Of a stretch of DNA of 64,000 nt, positions 1-9,484 are shown piece after piece. Position 1 is the stretch's first letter. Each line of letters begins with the position of its first letter. The notes beneath the pieces are model-generated. The model did not search any database. It worked only from the letters and a program-made list of their open reading frames with translations, and was not told the origin of the DNA. The DNA is from Syntrophobacterales bacterium (GTDB lineage: Bacteria; Desulfobacterota; Syntrophia; Syntrophales; CAMTWB01): assembly GCA_037441775.1 (NCBI GenBank), contig JBBIRO010000009.1, positions 5,892 through 69,891 of the forward strand, given 5' to 3'. Made by a program: the position numbers and the translations under genes.

Positions 1-309
1 TTCCACAGTCTTTCCTGGGCCGCCGAGGGATAGGAGGCCCTGATCATCCTCGTTGATCGGCAACACCTCCAGGTAGGTATCCGGGGCCAGCCTGCGGTTT
101 AAGCGCAATTCCTCCTGGCAATACCATTTTCTCCGGTCAAGCGATGTAAAATCAAGGAACCCAAAATTCACGGCCTTCTTGACCTTGTAAACATAATCTC
201 CGGCCAGGAAGATAAGAGAAATGTGGGTCTGGATTAATTCCACCTCATAAGGCGCATGGGGATAGAACGACGGATTAAGCAGCGAAATTGCTATTTGGGG
301 GTGGGTCAT
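1..309 (-). CDS. Partial CDS (N-terminal 103 codons, continues past the window start): kinase-fold / phosphotransferase-like protein of the family often annotated as bifunctional aminoglycoside phosphotransferase/ATP-binding protein
   Basis: My own reverse-strand translation from ATG 309-307 gives MTHPQIAISLLNPSFYPHAPYEVELIQTHISLIFLAGDYVYKVKKAVNFGFLDFTSLDRRKWYCQEELRLNRRLAPDTYLEVLPINEDDQGLL.., open to base 1. The pattern THIS..FL.GD..YK.KK.V.FGFLDF..L..R...C..E..LNRRLAP is what I remember for that family. It is absent from the ORF track because there is no stop in the window. Confidence 0.45.
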   Translation of the reverse strand, partial: MTHPQIAISLLNPSFYPHAPYEVELIQTHISLIFLAGDYVYKVKKAVNFGFLDFTSLDRRKWYCQEELRLNRRLAPDTYLEVLPINEDDQGLLSLGGPGKTVE

Positions 310-368
310 AATTGTGAACCTTGACGGTCAGGTAAAAAAAAGGAGGCAGGACTGCTCATCTGTCCCTA

Positions 369-734
369 TTATCCGATAGCCACGGCAAACATTTTCAGCA
401 GCTTCTCCGGGGTGATTGGTTTCGAAAGAAAAAAATCAGCTCCGGCGCCCAGCCCAATGGCCCGGTCCTCCTCCTGGCTTTTGGCCGTAAGGAAAATGAT
501 GGGAATGTAATTAAGATGCTCCTGCTCCCGGATCCGCCGACAGAGCTCAATCCCGTCCATCCGTGGCATGATCACATCTAAAACCAGCAGGTCGAATCTT
601 TCGTTTTTGATCCGCTCTAAAGCATCGAAGCCGTTGGAGGACGTATGGACTTCGTATTGCTCCCGTTTAAGGAGTTCCTTAAGCGCGATCAGGATCATTT
701 CATCGTCGTCAACTATAAGTATTTTCTTGTTCAT
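369..734 (-). CDS. Single-domain response regulator (CheY-like receiver)
   Basis: 121 aa with the receiver signature ILIVDDD .. DLLVLDVIMPRMDG .. IIFLTAK .. SKP. Its ATG directly abuts the TAG stop of the upstream kinase (cat/cta at 732-737), so the two are probably co-transcribed. Confidence 0.9.
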   Translation of the reverse strand: MNKKILIVDDDEMILIALKELLKREQYEVHTSSNGFDALERIKNERFDLLVLDVIMPRMDGIELCRRIREQEHLNYIPIIFLTAKSQEEDRAIGLGAGADFFLSKPITPEKLLKMFAVAIG

Positions 735-2327
735 CTAGCCCCCATTGGTAACAGGGATATAAATTGTAACTTCCGTCCCTGTCCCCAGCTTACTTTTAAT
801 CTTGATTCTGCCCTTGTGAGCTTCCATGATACTGAAACAAAGCGACAACCCCAGCCCTGTTCCCTTGGCCACCGGTTTAGTGGTAAAAAAAGGTTCCATT
901 ACCTTATCCAGATTCGCATGTGGAATGCCGATACCGTTATCCTTAACTGTAGCGACCACAAAATTTTCATCATCTTCATACAGGCAAGAAGTGGTGATTG
1001 TCAACTCCCTTGGCGCGTTTACTTCATCCAAGGCATCGCGGGCATTGGAAATCAGATTGAGAAAGACCTGCTCCAGATGATTGACGTCGCCCATTATTTT
1101 GGGCAGGCCACCCGTCAGATTCTTGTAAATCGTAATATTGTGATTGAGCAGTTGCTGGCCCGTGATCAGCAAAGCTTGTTCTATCGGAAGATTAATATCG
1201 ATCGGCAGCATGTTTATATCCGTCTGCCGGGAGAATTCCCGCAGATGGTTGACGATCTTCTCGATCCGATCATTGCATTTTCTGACAATTTCCAGACGTT
1301 CCCGGTTCGGACATTCATCATGGAGGTTGTTAAATATCACATGCAGGAGTGTCTGGGACGCCATCAGCGGGTTGTTGAGCTCATGGGCGACGCCGGCCAC
1401 CAATTCTCCCAGCGCCCGCATCTTCGACGCTTCCACCAGGTAGGCCTGCGTCTCCTTGAGCTTGATCTCCAGGCGCTTTTGTTCCGTGACATTTTTGAAT
1501 ATACCCGCCGTGCCGATCAATTCCCCCTCTTCGTTTTGCAGCAGATATGCCGAGGTCAATATGTGCAGGTTCAACCCGCTTTTGCTGGTCACTTGCATAT
1601 TGTAGTTTTCCACTCGACTGTGGGCTCTAAGAGCGGTCATGATCTGCCGGGCCTCATCAATGCCTCTGGTATATACGTAAGAGATGTGGCGCCCCAGCAA
1701 CTCTTTTTTCGAGTATTCCAGCATCTCGGCAATGGCCCGGTTCAAGTAGGTTATATTTCCCTTGAGATCGGTAGTAACAATGCCGTCCACCGAGCTTTCC
1801 ATGATGTTTTCCAGAAAATCTTTGGTTTCCCGAAGTTGTTTTTCCAGTGCTTCCCGCTGCTTGGCTTGAAGCCGTATTTGGGTTATATCACTTACAATAT
1901 CTACAAAGCCAATGGTTTTGCCCGCAGGATCGCGAATGGCGGTAACCGTGGAGTGGGCGGGGAAAAGCTCGCCGTTCTTGCGAACCCGGCTCATTTCCAC
2001 GTCGCATAGTCCCTCGGCCATGACGCGACGGACGATATCCGCCTGTATCCCCTTGCTTATGTCGGTGGGCAGCAGGGTCACACTGATGTTATGTTTGTCT
2101 ACTACCTCCGCCTTTTCCCAGCCGAAGATGTTTTCCGCGCCGCGGTTAAACTCGGCAATCAGGCCGTTGCCGCCAACGGCAATGATTGCATATTCCGTAA
2201 TGCTGTTTAAAACGCTTTCCAGGAAGCGCGACAGGTTACGGTAGCGCTCCTTGGATTCCTCCAGCTCCCGGTGGCTGTCGCTGTGGGTCATCTTTTCCAG
2301 ATCAGACGTGTTATCTATCTTCATCAT
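735..2327 (-). CDS. Cytoplasmic multi-PAS sensor histidine kinase
   Basis: 530 aa with no obvious TM segment. Repeated PAS-like blocks are present (ITEYAIIAVGGNGLIAEFNRGAENIFGW; SVDGIVTTDLKGNITYLNRA). H-box is ELVAGVAHELNNPL; HATPase boxes are NLISNARDA, DNGIGIP and GTGLGLS. AGAGG lies 4-5 nt before ATGATG. Confidence 0.9.
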   Translation of the reverse strand: MMKIDNTSDLEKMTHSDSHRELEESKERYRNLSRFLESVLNSITEYAIIAVGGNGLIAEFNRGAENIFGWEKAEVVDKHNISVTLLPTDISKGIQADIVRRVMAEGLCDVEMSRVRKNGELFPAHSTVTAIRDPAGKTIGFVDIVSDITQIRLQAKQREALEKQLRETKDFLENIMESSVDGIVTTDLKGNITYLNRAIAEMLEYSKKELLGRHISYVYTRGIDEARQIMTALRAHSRVENYNMQVTSKSGLNLHILTSAYLLQNEEGELIGTAGIFKNVTEQKRLEIKLKETQAYLVEASKMRALGELVAGVAHELNNPLMASQTLLHVIFNNLHDECPNRERLEIVRKCNDRIEKIVNHLREFSRQTDINMLPIDINLPIEQALLITGQQLLNHNITIYKNLTGGLPKIMGDVNHLEQVFLNLISNARDALDEVNAPRELTITTSCLYEDDENFVVATVKDNGIGIPHANLDKVMEPFFTTKPVAKGTGLGLSLCFSIMEAHKGRIKIKSKLGTGTEVTIYIPVTNGG

Positions 2328-2500
2328 AAGCCTCTTTTACTTAAGGAAGCGCCTTTGGTCCGCGCTGGGTGTTATTTAAATTAATTATTTCGGCCTGTCA
2401 AACAGGACGACCTCATAAAAAGCCGGCGAAAGGTGATTGATTTTAGGAGGACATATCTGGTAGCCTAGCGTGGCTAAATTTGTCATTCATCAGAGGTTCT

Positions 2501-3634
2501 ATGAGAAGCGCATTGATATACAGCAATGAAATGGGACGGTTTGACTTTGGTTATGGCCATCCCTTCAAACCGGAGCGGGGGATAATGACCTATGAACTTT
2601 GCGGCCGCTACGGACTGTTGAATCATTCCTGGATGGAGACACTTAAGCCCGGTTTGGCGGGGGAGCAAATAATAACTAATTTTCACACGAAGGATTACCT
2701 GCGGGCCTTAATTGAGGCGGGCCGGGGCAAAGCCAGCCTGGAAATGCTGGGGTATGGCCTGGGCACTGAAGATAACCCGATCTTGCATGGAATCTATGAA
2801 TGGGCCGCAATGACAGTTGGCGGGACCATTTTAGGCATGGAGAAAATACTCAATGGCGACCTGGACTATGCCTTCAACCTCTTCGGCGGCTTTCATCACG
2901 CCGCTGCCGACCATGCGGAAGGCTTCTGCTATTTAAACGATATCGTCGTTGCCATCAGGGCGGTACTCCAGAAAGACGAGCACTTGCGCATCGCCTATGT
3001 CGATTGCGACGCCCATCACGGCAACGGGGTCCAGGATGCCTTTTACGATGATCCCCGGGTGCTGGTAATATCGCTGCATGAAACAGGCCGGGAAATTTAT
3101 CCCTGGTCGGGCATGGAAACGGAAACAGGACAGGGCGAGGGCAAGGGCTATAACGTCAACATTCCGCTTGAGCCAGGAACCGATGACGAGGTTTATGGTT
3201 TTGCTTTCGACTCCCTGGTTGTGCCGCTTTTGGAGTCGTTTCACCCCCGGGTGCTGGTCGCCCAGATCGGCGCGGACACACTCATCTCCGACCCGCTCAC
3301 GCACCTGAAATTGACCAACAACGGCTACCGGCGAAACGTCCATCGACTCCGGAAACTTTGCCCACGGATGTTAGCTCTGGCCGGCGGCGGCTATGACCTG
3401 TTTAGGACAGCGCGGGCCTGGACCCTGGCCTGGGCCACCTTAAATCAGTTAGAGCCGGAAGATGAACTGGCCGGCCTGGTGGGGGGGATGATGTACGGCC
3501 CCGAAATGGAGATGGGCAGTCTCTACGACCACCCCTGGATTACAGAAGGCGAGCCCAAGATCAAGGCGCAACAGGAGGCTGAGCGGGTGGTATCATTTTT
3601 GAGGCGGGAGGTTTTCCCCTTGCACGGTCTGTAA
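2501..3634 (+). CDS. acuC: Zn-dependent histone-deacetylase-family protein, AcuC-like (protein/acetoin-utilization deacetylase)
   Basis: The track ORF is 2480..3634 (TTG start). I prefer ATG 2501 because AGAGG lies 4 nt upstream and MRSALIYS.. fits the usual AcuC N-terminus. HDAC blocks: GGFHHAAADHAEGFCYLNDIVVA, YVDCDAHHGNGVQDAFYDDPRVLVISLHE, GGGY. Confidence 0.88.
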   Translation: MRSALIYSNEMGRFDFGYGHPFKPERGIMTYELCGRYGLLNHSWMETLKPGLAGEQIITNFHTKDYLRALIEAGRGKASLEMLGYGLGTEDNPILHGIYEWAAMTVGGTILGMEKILNGDLDYAFNLFGGFHHAAADHAEGFCYLNDIVVAIRAVLQKDEHLRIAYVDCDAHHGNGVQDAFYDDPRVLVISLHETGREIYPWSGMETETGQGEGKGYNVNIPLEPGTDDEVYGFAFDSLVVPLLESFHPRVLVAQIGADTLISDPLTHLKLTNNGYRRNVHRLRKLCPRMLALAGGGYDLFRTARAWTLAWATLNQLEPEDELAGLVGGMMYGPEMEMGSLYDHPWITEGEPKIKAQQEAERVVSFLRREVFPLHGL

Positions 3635-3654
3635 TCCAATTATCCCTGAAACAT

Positions 3655-3695
3655 AAAGAGGCTCAAGGACGGCAACGTCCTTGAGCCTCTTTATT
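3655..3695. terminator. Bidirectional rho-independent terminator shared by the convergent acuC-like and acs genes
   Basis: Perfect 14-bp stem GAGGCTCAAGGACG (3658-3671), loop GCAA, then CGTCCTTGAGCCTC (3676-3689). It is flanked by AAA on the left and TTTATT on the right. Confidence 0.75.
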
Positions 3696-3711
3696 AACCA
3701 GCTATTTTAAT

Positions 3712-5688
3712 TTATCTTTCGGCAATCAGACGGTCAACAACCGTAGGGTCAGCAAGCGTTGAAGTATCTCCCAACTCATCGAACTGGCCCTCGGCGATCT
3801 TTCTTAAGATGCGGCGCATGATCTTACCGCTGCGTGTCTTGGGTAGGCCTTCGGCGAAATGGATCTTGTCCGGTACGGCAATCGGTCCAATCTCCTTTCT
3901 TACGTGTAAAAGGAGATTTTTCCTAAGTTCCTCGGTCGGTTCGTTTCCCTCCTTCAGGGTAACGAAGGCATAGATTCCCTGCCCCTTGATCTCGTGGGGG
4001 AACCCGACCACCGCCGCCTCGGCTACCGTGGGATGAGCAACCAGGGCGCTTTCCACCTCCGCTGTGCCCAGCCGGTGACCGGAAACGTTAATTACGTCGT
4101 CCACCCGGCCCATCAGCCAGTAGAAACCATCCTCATCCTTCCGGGCGCCGTCACCGGTGAAGTAAAGGCCCGGATACTGAATGAAGTATTGCTGCTTGAA
4201 CCTTTCCGGATCGCCAAAAACGGTTCGCATGAAGCTTGGCCAGGGTCTCTTAATGCACAGGTAGCCCCCCTCATTAACATCAGCTTCGCTGCCGTCCTGG
4301 CGCACCACCACCGGCTGCACCCCAAAGTAAGGCACCGTTGCGCAACCCGGCTTCATCGGAATAGCGCCCGGCAGGGAAGTGATAAGGACCCCACCCGTTT
4401 CAGTCTGCCACCAGGTGTCGGCAATGGGGCAGCGCTCTTTGCCGATTACCTGGTAATACCAGAGCCAGGCTTCCGGATTGATAGGCTCGCCGACCGAACC
4501 CAGGACTCTTAAGCTGCTCAAATCCCGCTTGTTAGGCCACGCATCGCCTGTTTTCATCATCGCCCGGATAGCGGTGGGCGCCGTGTAGAAGCTGTTAACC
4601 CGATACTTTTCCACTATCTGCCAGAAACGATCCGGCTCGGGATAGTTGGGAACCCCTTCGAACATCAGTGAAGTGGCGCCGGAAGACAGAGGGCCGTAAA
4701 CGATGTAACTGTGGCCGGTGACCCAGCCAATGTCGGCGGTGCACCAGTAGAGGTCCTCGTCCCGGTAGTCGAAAATATCCTGGAAGGTCATGGTGGGGTA
4801 TAGTAGATAACCGGCGGTTGTATGGAGCACCCCCTTGGGTTTGCCGGTGCTGCCGCTGGTGTATAGGATAAAGAGGGGGTCCTCGGCATCCATCTTTTCG
4901 GCTTCACATACAGGCGATACCTTGGCCATCAGTTCATGCCACAGGTGATCCCGGCCTTCTTTCATCTCTACGGCCTTGTCGATCCGGTTCACAACCACAC
5001 AATTTTTGACAAAGCCGCAGGCATTCATTGCCGTATCGGCATTTTGCTTGGTCGGCAGGACCTTTCCCGAACGATAACTGTAGTTGGAAGTTATAACTGT
5101 TTCCGATTTGCAATCCTGAATCCGGTCCCTGAGTGCGTCGGCGCTGAAGCCGCCGAAGACGACGCTGTGAATCGCGCCGATTCTGGTGCAGGCCAGCAGG
5201 GCTATTGCCAGCTCCGGTATCATGGGCAGGTAGAGCGTTACCCGATCACCCTTCTTTACCCCCAGAGCCTTGAGCACATTGGCGAACTTGCAGACTTCGT
5301 GGTGCAGCTGCTGATAGGTATAGGTTTTGGATTCCTCCATCGGCTCTCCCTGCCAGACCAGGGCCGCCTTATTCTTTCTCCATCCGTTTAAGTGCCGGTC
5401 GAGGCAGTTATAGGAGGCGTTTAATTTGCCGCCCCGGAAATACGAAATACTGATCTGATCTTTGAAGCTCCACTCCTCCACCGGCCCCGTCCACTTCTCA
5501 AACCAGTGGAGGTATCGTTCGGCCATCTCACCCCAGAATCCATGTGGATCTTCTACGGACCGCCGATACGTTTCCCGATACTCTTCAATGGTTTTATAAC
5601 GAGCCTTCTTGCTAAACTCAGATAGAGGATAAAATACCCTCTTTTCTGTAGAGAGCGACTCTACCCGGTTTCCTTTATTTTCTTCCAT
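3712..5688 (-). CDS. acs: Acetyl-CoA synthetase (acetate--CoA ligase, AMP-forming)
   Basis: 658 aa. AMP-binding motif [20 protein letters not shown], the C-terminal SGKIMRR block containing the regulatory lysine, and typical Acs length. GGGGGA RBS precedes ATG 5688. Confidence 0.97.
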   Translation of the reverse strand: MEENKGNRVESLSTEKRVFYPLSEFSKKARYKTIEEYRETYRRSVEDPHGFWGEMAERYLHWFEKWTGPVEEWSFKDQISISYFRGGKLNASYNCLDRHLNGWRKNKAALVWQGEPMEESKTYTYQQLHHEVCKFANVLKALGVKKGDRVTLYLPMIPELAIALLACTRIGAIHSVVFGGFSADALRDRIQDCKSETVITSNYSYRSGKVLPTKQNADTAMNACGFVKNCVVVNRIDKAVEMKEGRDHLWHELMAKVSPVCEAEKMDAEDPLFILYTSGSTGKPKGVLHTTAGYLLYPTMTFQDIFDYRDEDLYWCTADIGWVTGHSYIVYGPLSSGATSLMFEGVPNYPEPDRFWQIVEKYRVNSFYTAPTAIRAMMKTGDAWPNKRDLSSLRVLGSVGEPINPEAWLWYYQVIGKERCPIADTWWQTETGGVLITSLPGAIPMKPGCATVPYFGVQPVVVRQDGSEADVNEGGYLCIKRPWPSFMRTVFGDPERFKQQYFIQYPGLYFTGDGARKDEDGFYWLMGRVDDVINVSGHRLGTAEVESALVAHPTVAEAAVVGFPHEIKGQGIYAFVTLKEGNEPTEELRKNLLLHVRKEIGPIAVPDKIHFAEGLPKTRSGKIMRRILRKIAEGQFDELGDTSTLADPTVVDRLIAER

Positions 5689-5782
5689 TTCTTCCCCCTA
5701 TAACGTAATTTTAAATTATTTTGTGCACACTGTCCTGCTGCACTTTTTATCACAGCGTTTGCAAAAATCAACCTTTTATTTC

Positions 5783-5846
5783 TTGAGGACTTCGTAAAAA
5801 GCCCTCCTAAATTTGAGGTCTTTTGCGACTTTTTACTGATAGCGTC
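5783..5846. repeat. Mini inverted-repeat unit of the dispersed GACGGCTTGCTAAAAAGTC family
   Basis: Forward arm TTGAGGACTTCGTAAAAAGCC (5783-5803) and reverse arm GCGACTTTTTACTGATAGCGTC (5825-5846) face each other. It lies in the acs upstream region. A further degenerate solo arm AATGACGGCTTTGCTCTTTAC is at 5969-5989. Confidence 0.55.
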
Positions 5847-6069
5847 TTTATTCCGCATGTAATTTACGGCGTTTCTCACCGCCCGCCAAAAGGTCCAAAA
5901 CAATGAACAAACCGGCGAACAACGCGCTTGGCCGAATTATCATCGGACTTAAATAAGCACAGGAACGTAATGACGGCTTTGCTCTTTACGGCGCCGCCGC
6001 CAATTCTCTTCTTTCGCCGGTTTTATCCCGCAAAGCCACGAAAGCGGCAGGTTGTTTTTCCGGGTCTAT

Positions 6070-6687
6070 TTACTTGCGGTCCCAGGCGATAAACTGTTCC
6101 GTCATGTCCAGCACGGAGCGGTATAGCCCCTTAAGCCCCGCTTCTTCAGATCTGGCCAACAGCAGAGGCAGCCAGTTGAGGTGCTGGGCGAGAAAAATAG
6201 CCTGGGCGTCCGGCCCCGCCTCTTCAACTAAAAACGACATGAGCTCCAGCTCGACGGCCAGATGGTCCGGCGTGCCCCGAACTTCCGGCGGCAATTCCAA
6301 GCCCAGGCGGGAGACCAGCTCCTGCATATGGGCCGCCGCGTCTCCTCCCAGCCAGCCTGTTTCGCTCTTGAAGGCCACTTCGGCGGATTCGTCCATGGTC
6401 CAGGGATTATAGACCGATTCAACCAGCCAGATTCTCAGGCCGTCGGGCAGGAAGAAAGACCGGAGGTATTCATTGGCAAGTTCGCCGGGAGTGAGCGCCG
6501 AATTACGAATGACGGCGGGGATGCCAACTGGTTTCTTAAGAACATTAAGCAGAGACAGCATTTCCGTAAGCCAGGTGCCGTTGCTTAACCGCAGGAGCGC
6601 TTCCTCATGGGGCGGAGGCGCAAGCGCCTCCGCCAGAAGAGCATAGACCCCTGCCCGAGAGCTTTTCACAGCCGTCGTTTCCTTCAT
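6070..6687 (-). CDS. TorD/NarJ/DmsD-family molybdoenzyme maturation chaperone (appears intact)
   Basis: 205 aa. The pattern ..YLRSFF.. / ..PDHLAVELELMSFL.. / ..FLAQHLNWLP is typical of the TorD-like (nitrate reductase delta) family. Its start overlaps the upstream ORF stop in an ATGA at 6684-6687. Confidence 0.7.
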   Translation of the reverse strand: MKETTAVKSSRAGVYALLAEALAPPPHEEALLRLSNGTWLTEMLSLLNVLKKPVGIPAVIRNSALTPGELANEYLRSFFLPDGLRIWLVESVYNPWTMDESAEVAFKSETGWLGGDAAAHMQELVSRLGLELPPEVRGTPDHLAVELELMSFLVEEAGPDAQAIFLAQHLNWLPLLLARSEEAGLKGLYRSVLDMTEQFIAWDRK

Positions 6688-7037
6688 ACCATGATCTCCA
6701 CCGCTGCCTCATGCATCACGGCATGACCGATCAGGGGTTCTGTCAAAGAAGAGACAAAATCATTAAGGCTGATCCCATTACCGTTAGCGTCAGGCTGGTA
6801 TGGCCAGCATGTGCCATAACCAGCCGGGAGGTATGCCGCCTCCGGTAGGGCCCGGTCGGCGTGACCAGTGGCCTTCCATACCCGATCGACTTTCACTTGT
6901 CCCCACGTCCCACAATGACTGAAGCAGCCGTTGGACAGGCTGGGAATTCTTTTTACCGGGGCCCCTTCCTGCGCCCGCGCCCATTTGTTCATAAAGAAAG
7001 CCGGATTTGACGCGATAGCCGCCCCGGTTGCCGTCAA
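6684..7037 (-). pseudogene. Probable remnant of a Mo-bisPGD (DMSO-reductase family) catalytic subunit: Tat-signal h-region, N-terminal Fe4S4-domain-like segment and extreme C-terminal tail, with the bulk of the enzyme missing
   Basis: The 117-aa ORF contains KRIPSLSNGCFSHCGTWGQVKVDRVWKATGHAD...GYGTCW, which fits the C-x2-C-x3-C-x(n)-C Fe4S4 motif with the first Cys replaced by Ser. This is followed almost directly by GNGISLNDFVSSLTEPLIGHAVMHEAAVEIMV, which resembles the last ~30 residues of DmsA-type enzymes. Just upstream, one frame off, I read ..QTDILKKV-stop, which looks like a mutated RRDFLK twin-arginine motif. Confidence 0.45.
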
Positions 7038-7107
7038 ACCTTTTTTAGAATGTCCGTCTGGAAAAGTTTTTCACCGCACACCTTCACGCGCGTTATGACC
7101 TTGATAA

Positions 7108-7380
7108 TTATGCCGGCAGCGGAAAACTTTTTTTCAGCAGCGGCAGTCTTTTTTCGGCATCCGCAAGCATTGCCGTCCGGTCGCCGAATTTCCGGGCGTT
7201 GCTGGTACAGGTATCCACAAAGGCCGGCGGCCGGTTCGCCTCTACCAGGTCTTTACAGCCGGCACACCGGATAGCTTTGTTAGCGATAACTTCTGAAACC
7301 TCGCAAGAACTGACGGCTGCACAGGCCTCGACGTTTGCCGGCTTCCCGCGAGACTTCGGCCATTTTACATCCCGAAACAT
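7108..7380 (-). pseudogene. Possible remnant, or very short derivative, of a DmsB/NrfC-type 4Fe-4S electron-transfer subunit
   Basis: The 90-aa ORF has plausible codon usage. IRCAGCKDLVEANRPPAFVDTCTSNARKFGD mirrors the conserved KC..C..R...G..PACV..CP..A..FGD block but carries Cys-to-Phe and Pro-to-Thr changes. It lacks the N-terminal cluster motifs of a full ~200-aa subunit. Confidence 0.35.
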
Positions 7381-7514
7381 CGCTTATGGCTTATTGCGCG
7401 CGGTTATACGAAAAAAATATTTTTTGTCAAGAAGATACCGCGGAATAGCCGGGATATTCTCAGGCAATTCCCCGCCGTCGAAAGTTCTGGTTTTACGGAG
7501 TTTTTACCGCTTCC

Positions 7515-8420
7515 TCACCAATTGACATAAACATACACGGACAGCAGCAGAGAAAGAAGGAGCGATAAAGAGGCCGCAAAAGCAAGCCTTGCGGCTGGAC
7601 GGAGCGAGACGAAGTAACCCCGGCCAACGTCGCGGACAGCGGCTCTGATCGTGCTGCGACGGATATAAAACTGTCCCCGGGCGTAGGCGATGAGGAGCGC
7701 GCGGTCGCAAATTACATTTATCCGCCGGGGAATACCACCGCTATAATATTGCAGAAGGGAAAGGGCCGGAAGCGAAAACCGCACCTGCCCGCCCACAACG
7801 GAAAGACGGTGCTCAATGTATTTGCCGGTCTGTACAAACGAAAGGGGTTTAAGTTCGTAGCGTACGGTAATCCGCTCATTTAATTGCCGCAGCGCGGGCA
7901 GCGCCAACAATCTCTGGAGTTCCGGCTGGCCGATGAGAATGATCTGCAGCAGTTTTTCGCGTTCCGTTTCCAAATTGGAAAGCAGACGCAGCTCTTCGAG
8001 AACGCCAAGGGGGAGCAGATGGGCCTCGTCAATCAGGAGGACAGCATTTTTCCCGGCGCTGTAGTTTTGCAGGAGAAACTTGTTCAAGAGGGAAAACTTT
8101 GCCCGTCGGGATTGGTCATTATCGCGACCAGGTATTTCAAATTCTTCGAGTATTGACGAGAGCAACTCATCGGCCATTTGGGAAGGGTTGAATATCAGGG
8201 CAGCGGCGATGCTGTCGTCCAGATGGGCCAGCAGGGTCCGGCAGAGGGTGGTCTTGCCGGTGCCAATCCCGCCGGTGAGCAGCAGGAACCCCTTTTTTTC
8301 CTTGATGCCGTAGATGAGATGATTCAAGGCCTCCTGATGCTGCGGGCTTAAGTATAAAAACCTGGGGTCAGGCGCCAGATTGAAGGGGGTTTCCCCTAAA
8401 GCGAAATGGGTTGCGTACAT
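7515..8420 (-). CDS. gspA: ExeA/GspA-like AAA ATPase of type II secretion (short form with a C-terminal TM anchor and no peptidoglycan-binding domain)
   Basis: 301 aa. N-terminus MYATHFALGETPFNLAPDPRFLYLSPQHQEAL, Walker A LLTGGIGTGKTTL, Walker B LLIDEAH. The hydrophobic tail is AASLSLLLSLLLSVYVYV. It is the last gene of the gsp cluster. Confidence 0.85.
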   Translation of the reverse strand: MYATHFALGETPFNLAPDPRFLYLSPQHQEALNHLIYGIKEKKGFLLLTGGIGTGKTTLCRTLLAHLDDSIAAALIFNPSQMADELLSSILEEFEIPGRDNDQSRRAKFSLLNKFLLQNYSAGKNAVLLIDEAHLLPLGVLEELRLLSNLETEREKLLQIILIGQPELQRLLALPALRQLNERITVRYELKPLSFVQTGKYIEHRLSVVGGQVRFSLPALSLLQYYSGGIPRRINVICDRALLIAYARGQFYIRRSTIRAAVRDVGRGYFVSLRPAARLAFAASLSLLLSLLLSVYVYVNW

Positions 8421-8447
8421 GGGCTTTAAGTTAAGACAGCGTTTCTT

Positions 8448-9419
8448 TTAGCGTAAATCATAGTTCAGCGTTTCTACCCGCCCCCCCCTCATGACCTTAA
8501 GAGAAACGCTGGGAGCGCCCTTGAGCAGATTGTAAAACTCGACCATATCCTCGGCGCCCCTAAGCCGGCGGTCGTTAGCCTCCTGAATGATGTCTCCATC
8601 ACGCAGGGTCATCTTCTCGTAGATACTGCCCGGCCTGATCTGAGAAAGCATGAACCCATTCGGCGCGCCCGCCTGGAAAAATGGTCTGATCTGCGCCTGA
8701 GTAAGCAGTCCCCCCATATCACTCAACTGGGTAGCGACTTCGGCCCTAGTGATGGTTACCCGCTCCCCCGTCCCTGAGGCAGGAGCGGCAGGCGGCTGGG
8801 GTGGGGTTGATGCCGCCCCTCCGCCCGGTGTCGGCAGGACCGGCGCCAGCGGCGATGATGCCAACCGCAAGGTGATCATCTCGCCCCCGAATTCGACCAG
8901 CACCTCCCCCCGCTTAATCTCTTTGAGCGTTGCCCCGCCTACCGTATCGCCAATCCTGTAGAGGACATCGCTGGGCTTCCCCCTTTCCCGAATGGCGGCG
9001 AAAGCGGTTAACCGGTCGCCGGCTACGGTTCCCTTGAGTTCGAGGGATAGTACGGGCGGCGGTTTTGTTTCCGCCGGGCGGCCGGCCGGCTCCGCCGCAA
9101 CGGGGGGAGTTACTGTTTGGATAACCGTCTCGGCGGAACCAAAAAGATTTCGTTCGTAAATGGCCCGATAGATTAGGGCCGTACCGCTGCCGGACGGCTG
9201 CGCAACACTCCTGGCCCGTGGCGTCGTCTCCAGATGAGGCAATACCAGGAGAGTGAGAGCCAGTTTATAGAAGATGCCTGCCAGCACCCAGGTGTAGAGG
9301 GCAATGATCAAAGGAATGAAAATTGAACGCCACTTCTTTTTTAGCTGAGAAAAGGCGCTGCTTCCCCAGGAAAAAATTTCCGGCCGTTTCCACCAGATGA
9401 TTTCATTTATGCCTGGCAT
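8448..9419 (-). CDS. gspC: Type II secretion protein GspC-like (N-terminal TM, HR-like domain, Pro-rich linker, C-terminal PDZ)
   Basis: 323 aa. TM segment IFIPLIIALYTWVLAGIFY. HR-like segment LELKGTVAGD..AIRERGKPSDVLYRIGDTVGGATLKEIKRGEVLVEFGG. PDZ-like segment GFMLSQIRPGSIYEKMTLRDGDIIQEANDRRL. The cluster context also supports the call. Confidence 0.75.
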   Translation of the reverse strand: MPGINEIIWWKRPEIFSWGSSAFSQLKKKWRSIFIPLIIALYTWVLAGIFYKLALTLLVLPHLETTPRARSVAQPSGSGTALIYRAIYERNLFGSAETVIQTVTPPVAAEPAGRPAETKPPPVLSLELKGTVAGDRLTAFAAIRERGKPSDVLYRIGDTVGGATLKEIKRGEVLVEFGGEMITLRLASSPLAPVLPTPGGGAASTPPQPPAAPASGTGERVTITRAEVATQLSDMGGLLTQAQIRPFFQAGAPNGFMLSQIRPGSIYEKMTLRDGDIIQEANDRRLRGAEDMVEFYNLLKGAPSVSLKVMRGGRVETLNYDLR

Positions 9420-9484
9420 TTATTTCTCCTTATCCCCTGGCCCTCATGGTTTGGCCGTGATAGCTGCCCGTCGCCGTCCCATAA

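Noticed and set aside
645-2009. 454-aa plus-strand ORF
   Set aside because: It is entirely antisense to the PAS histidine kinase, whose own frame carries clear H-box and ATPase motifs. The translation is rich in Arg, Gln, His, Phe and Leu with no recognisable domain. This is a shadow ORF of the kind common opposite GC3-biased genes.
7050-7525. Plus-strand ORFs 7050-7274 and 7199-7525
   Set aside because: Their composition is Arg/Ser/Pro/Ala-rich. They are antisense to the minus-strand ORF that carries the ferredoxin-like CxxC...FGD pattern and has better codon usage.
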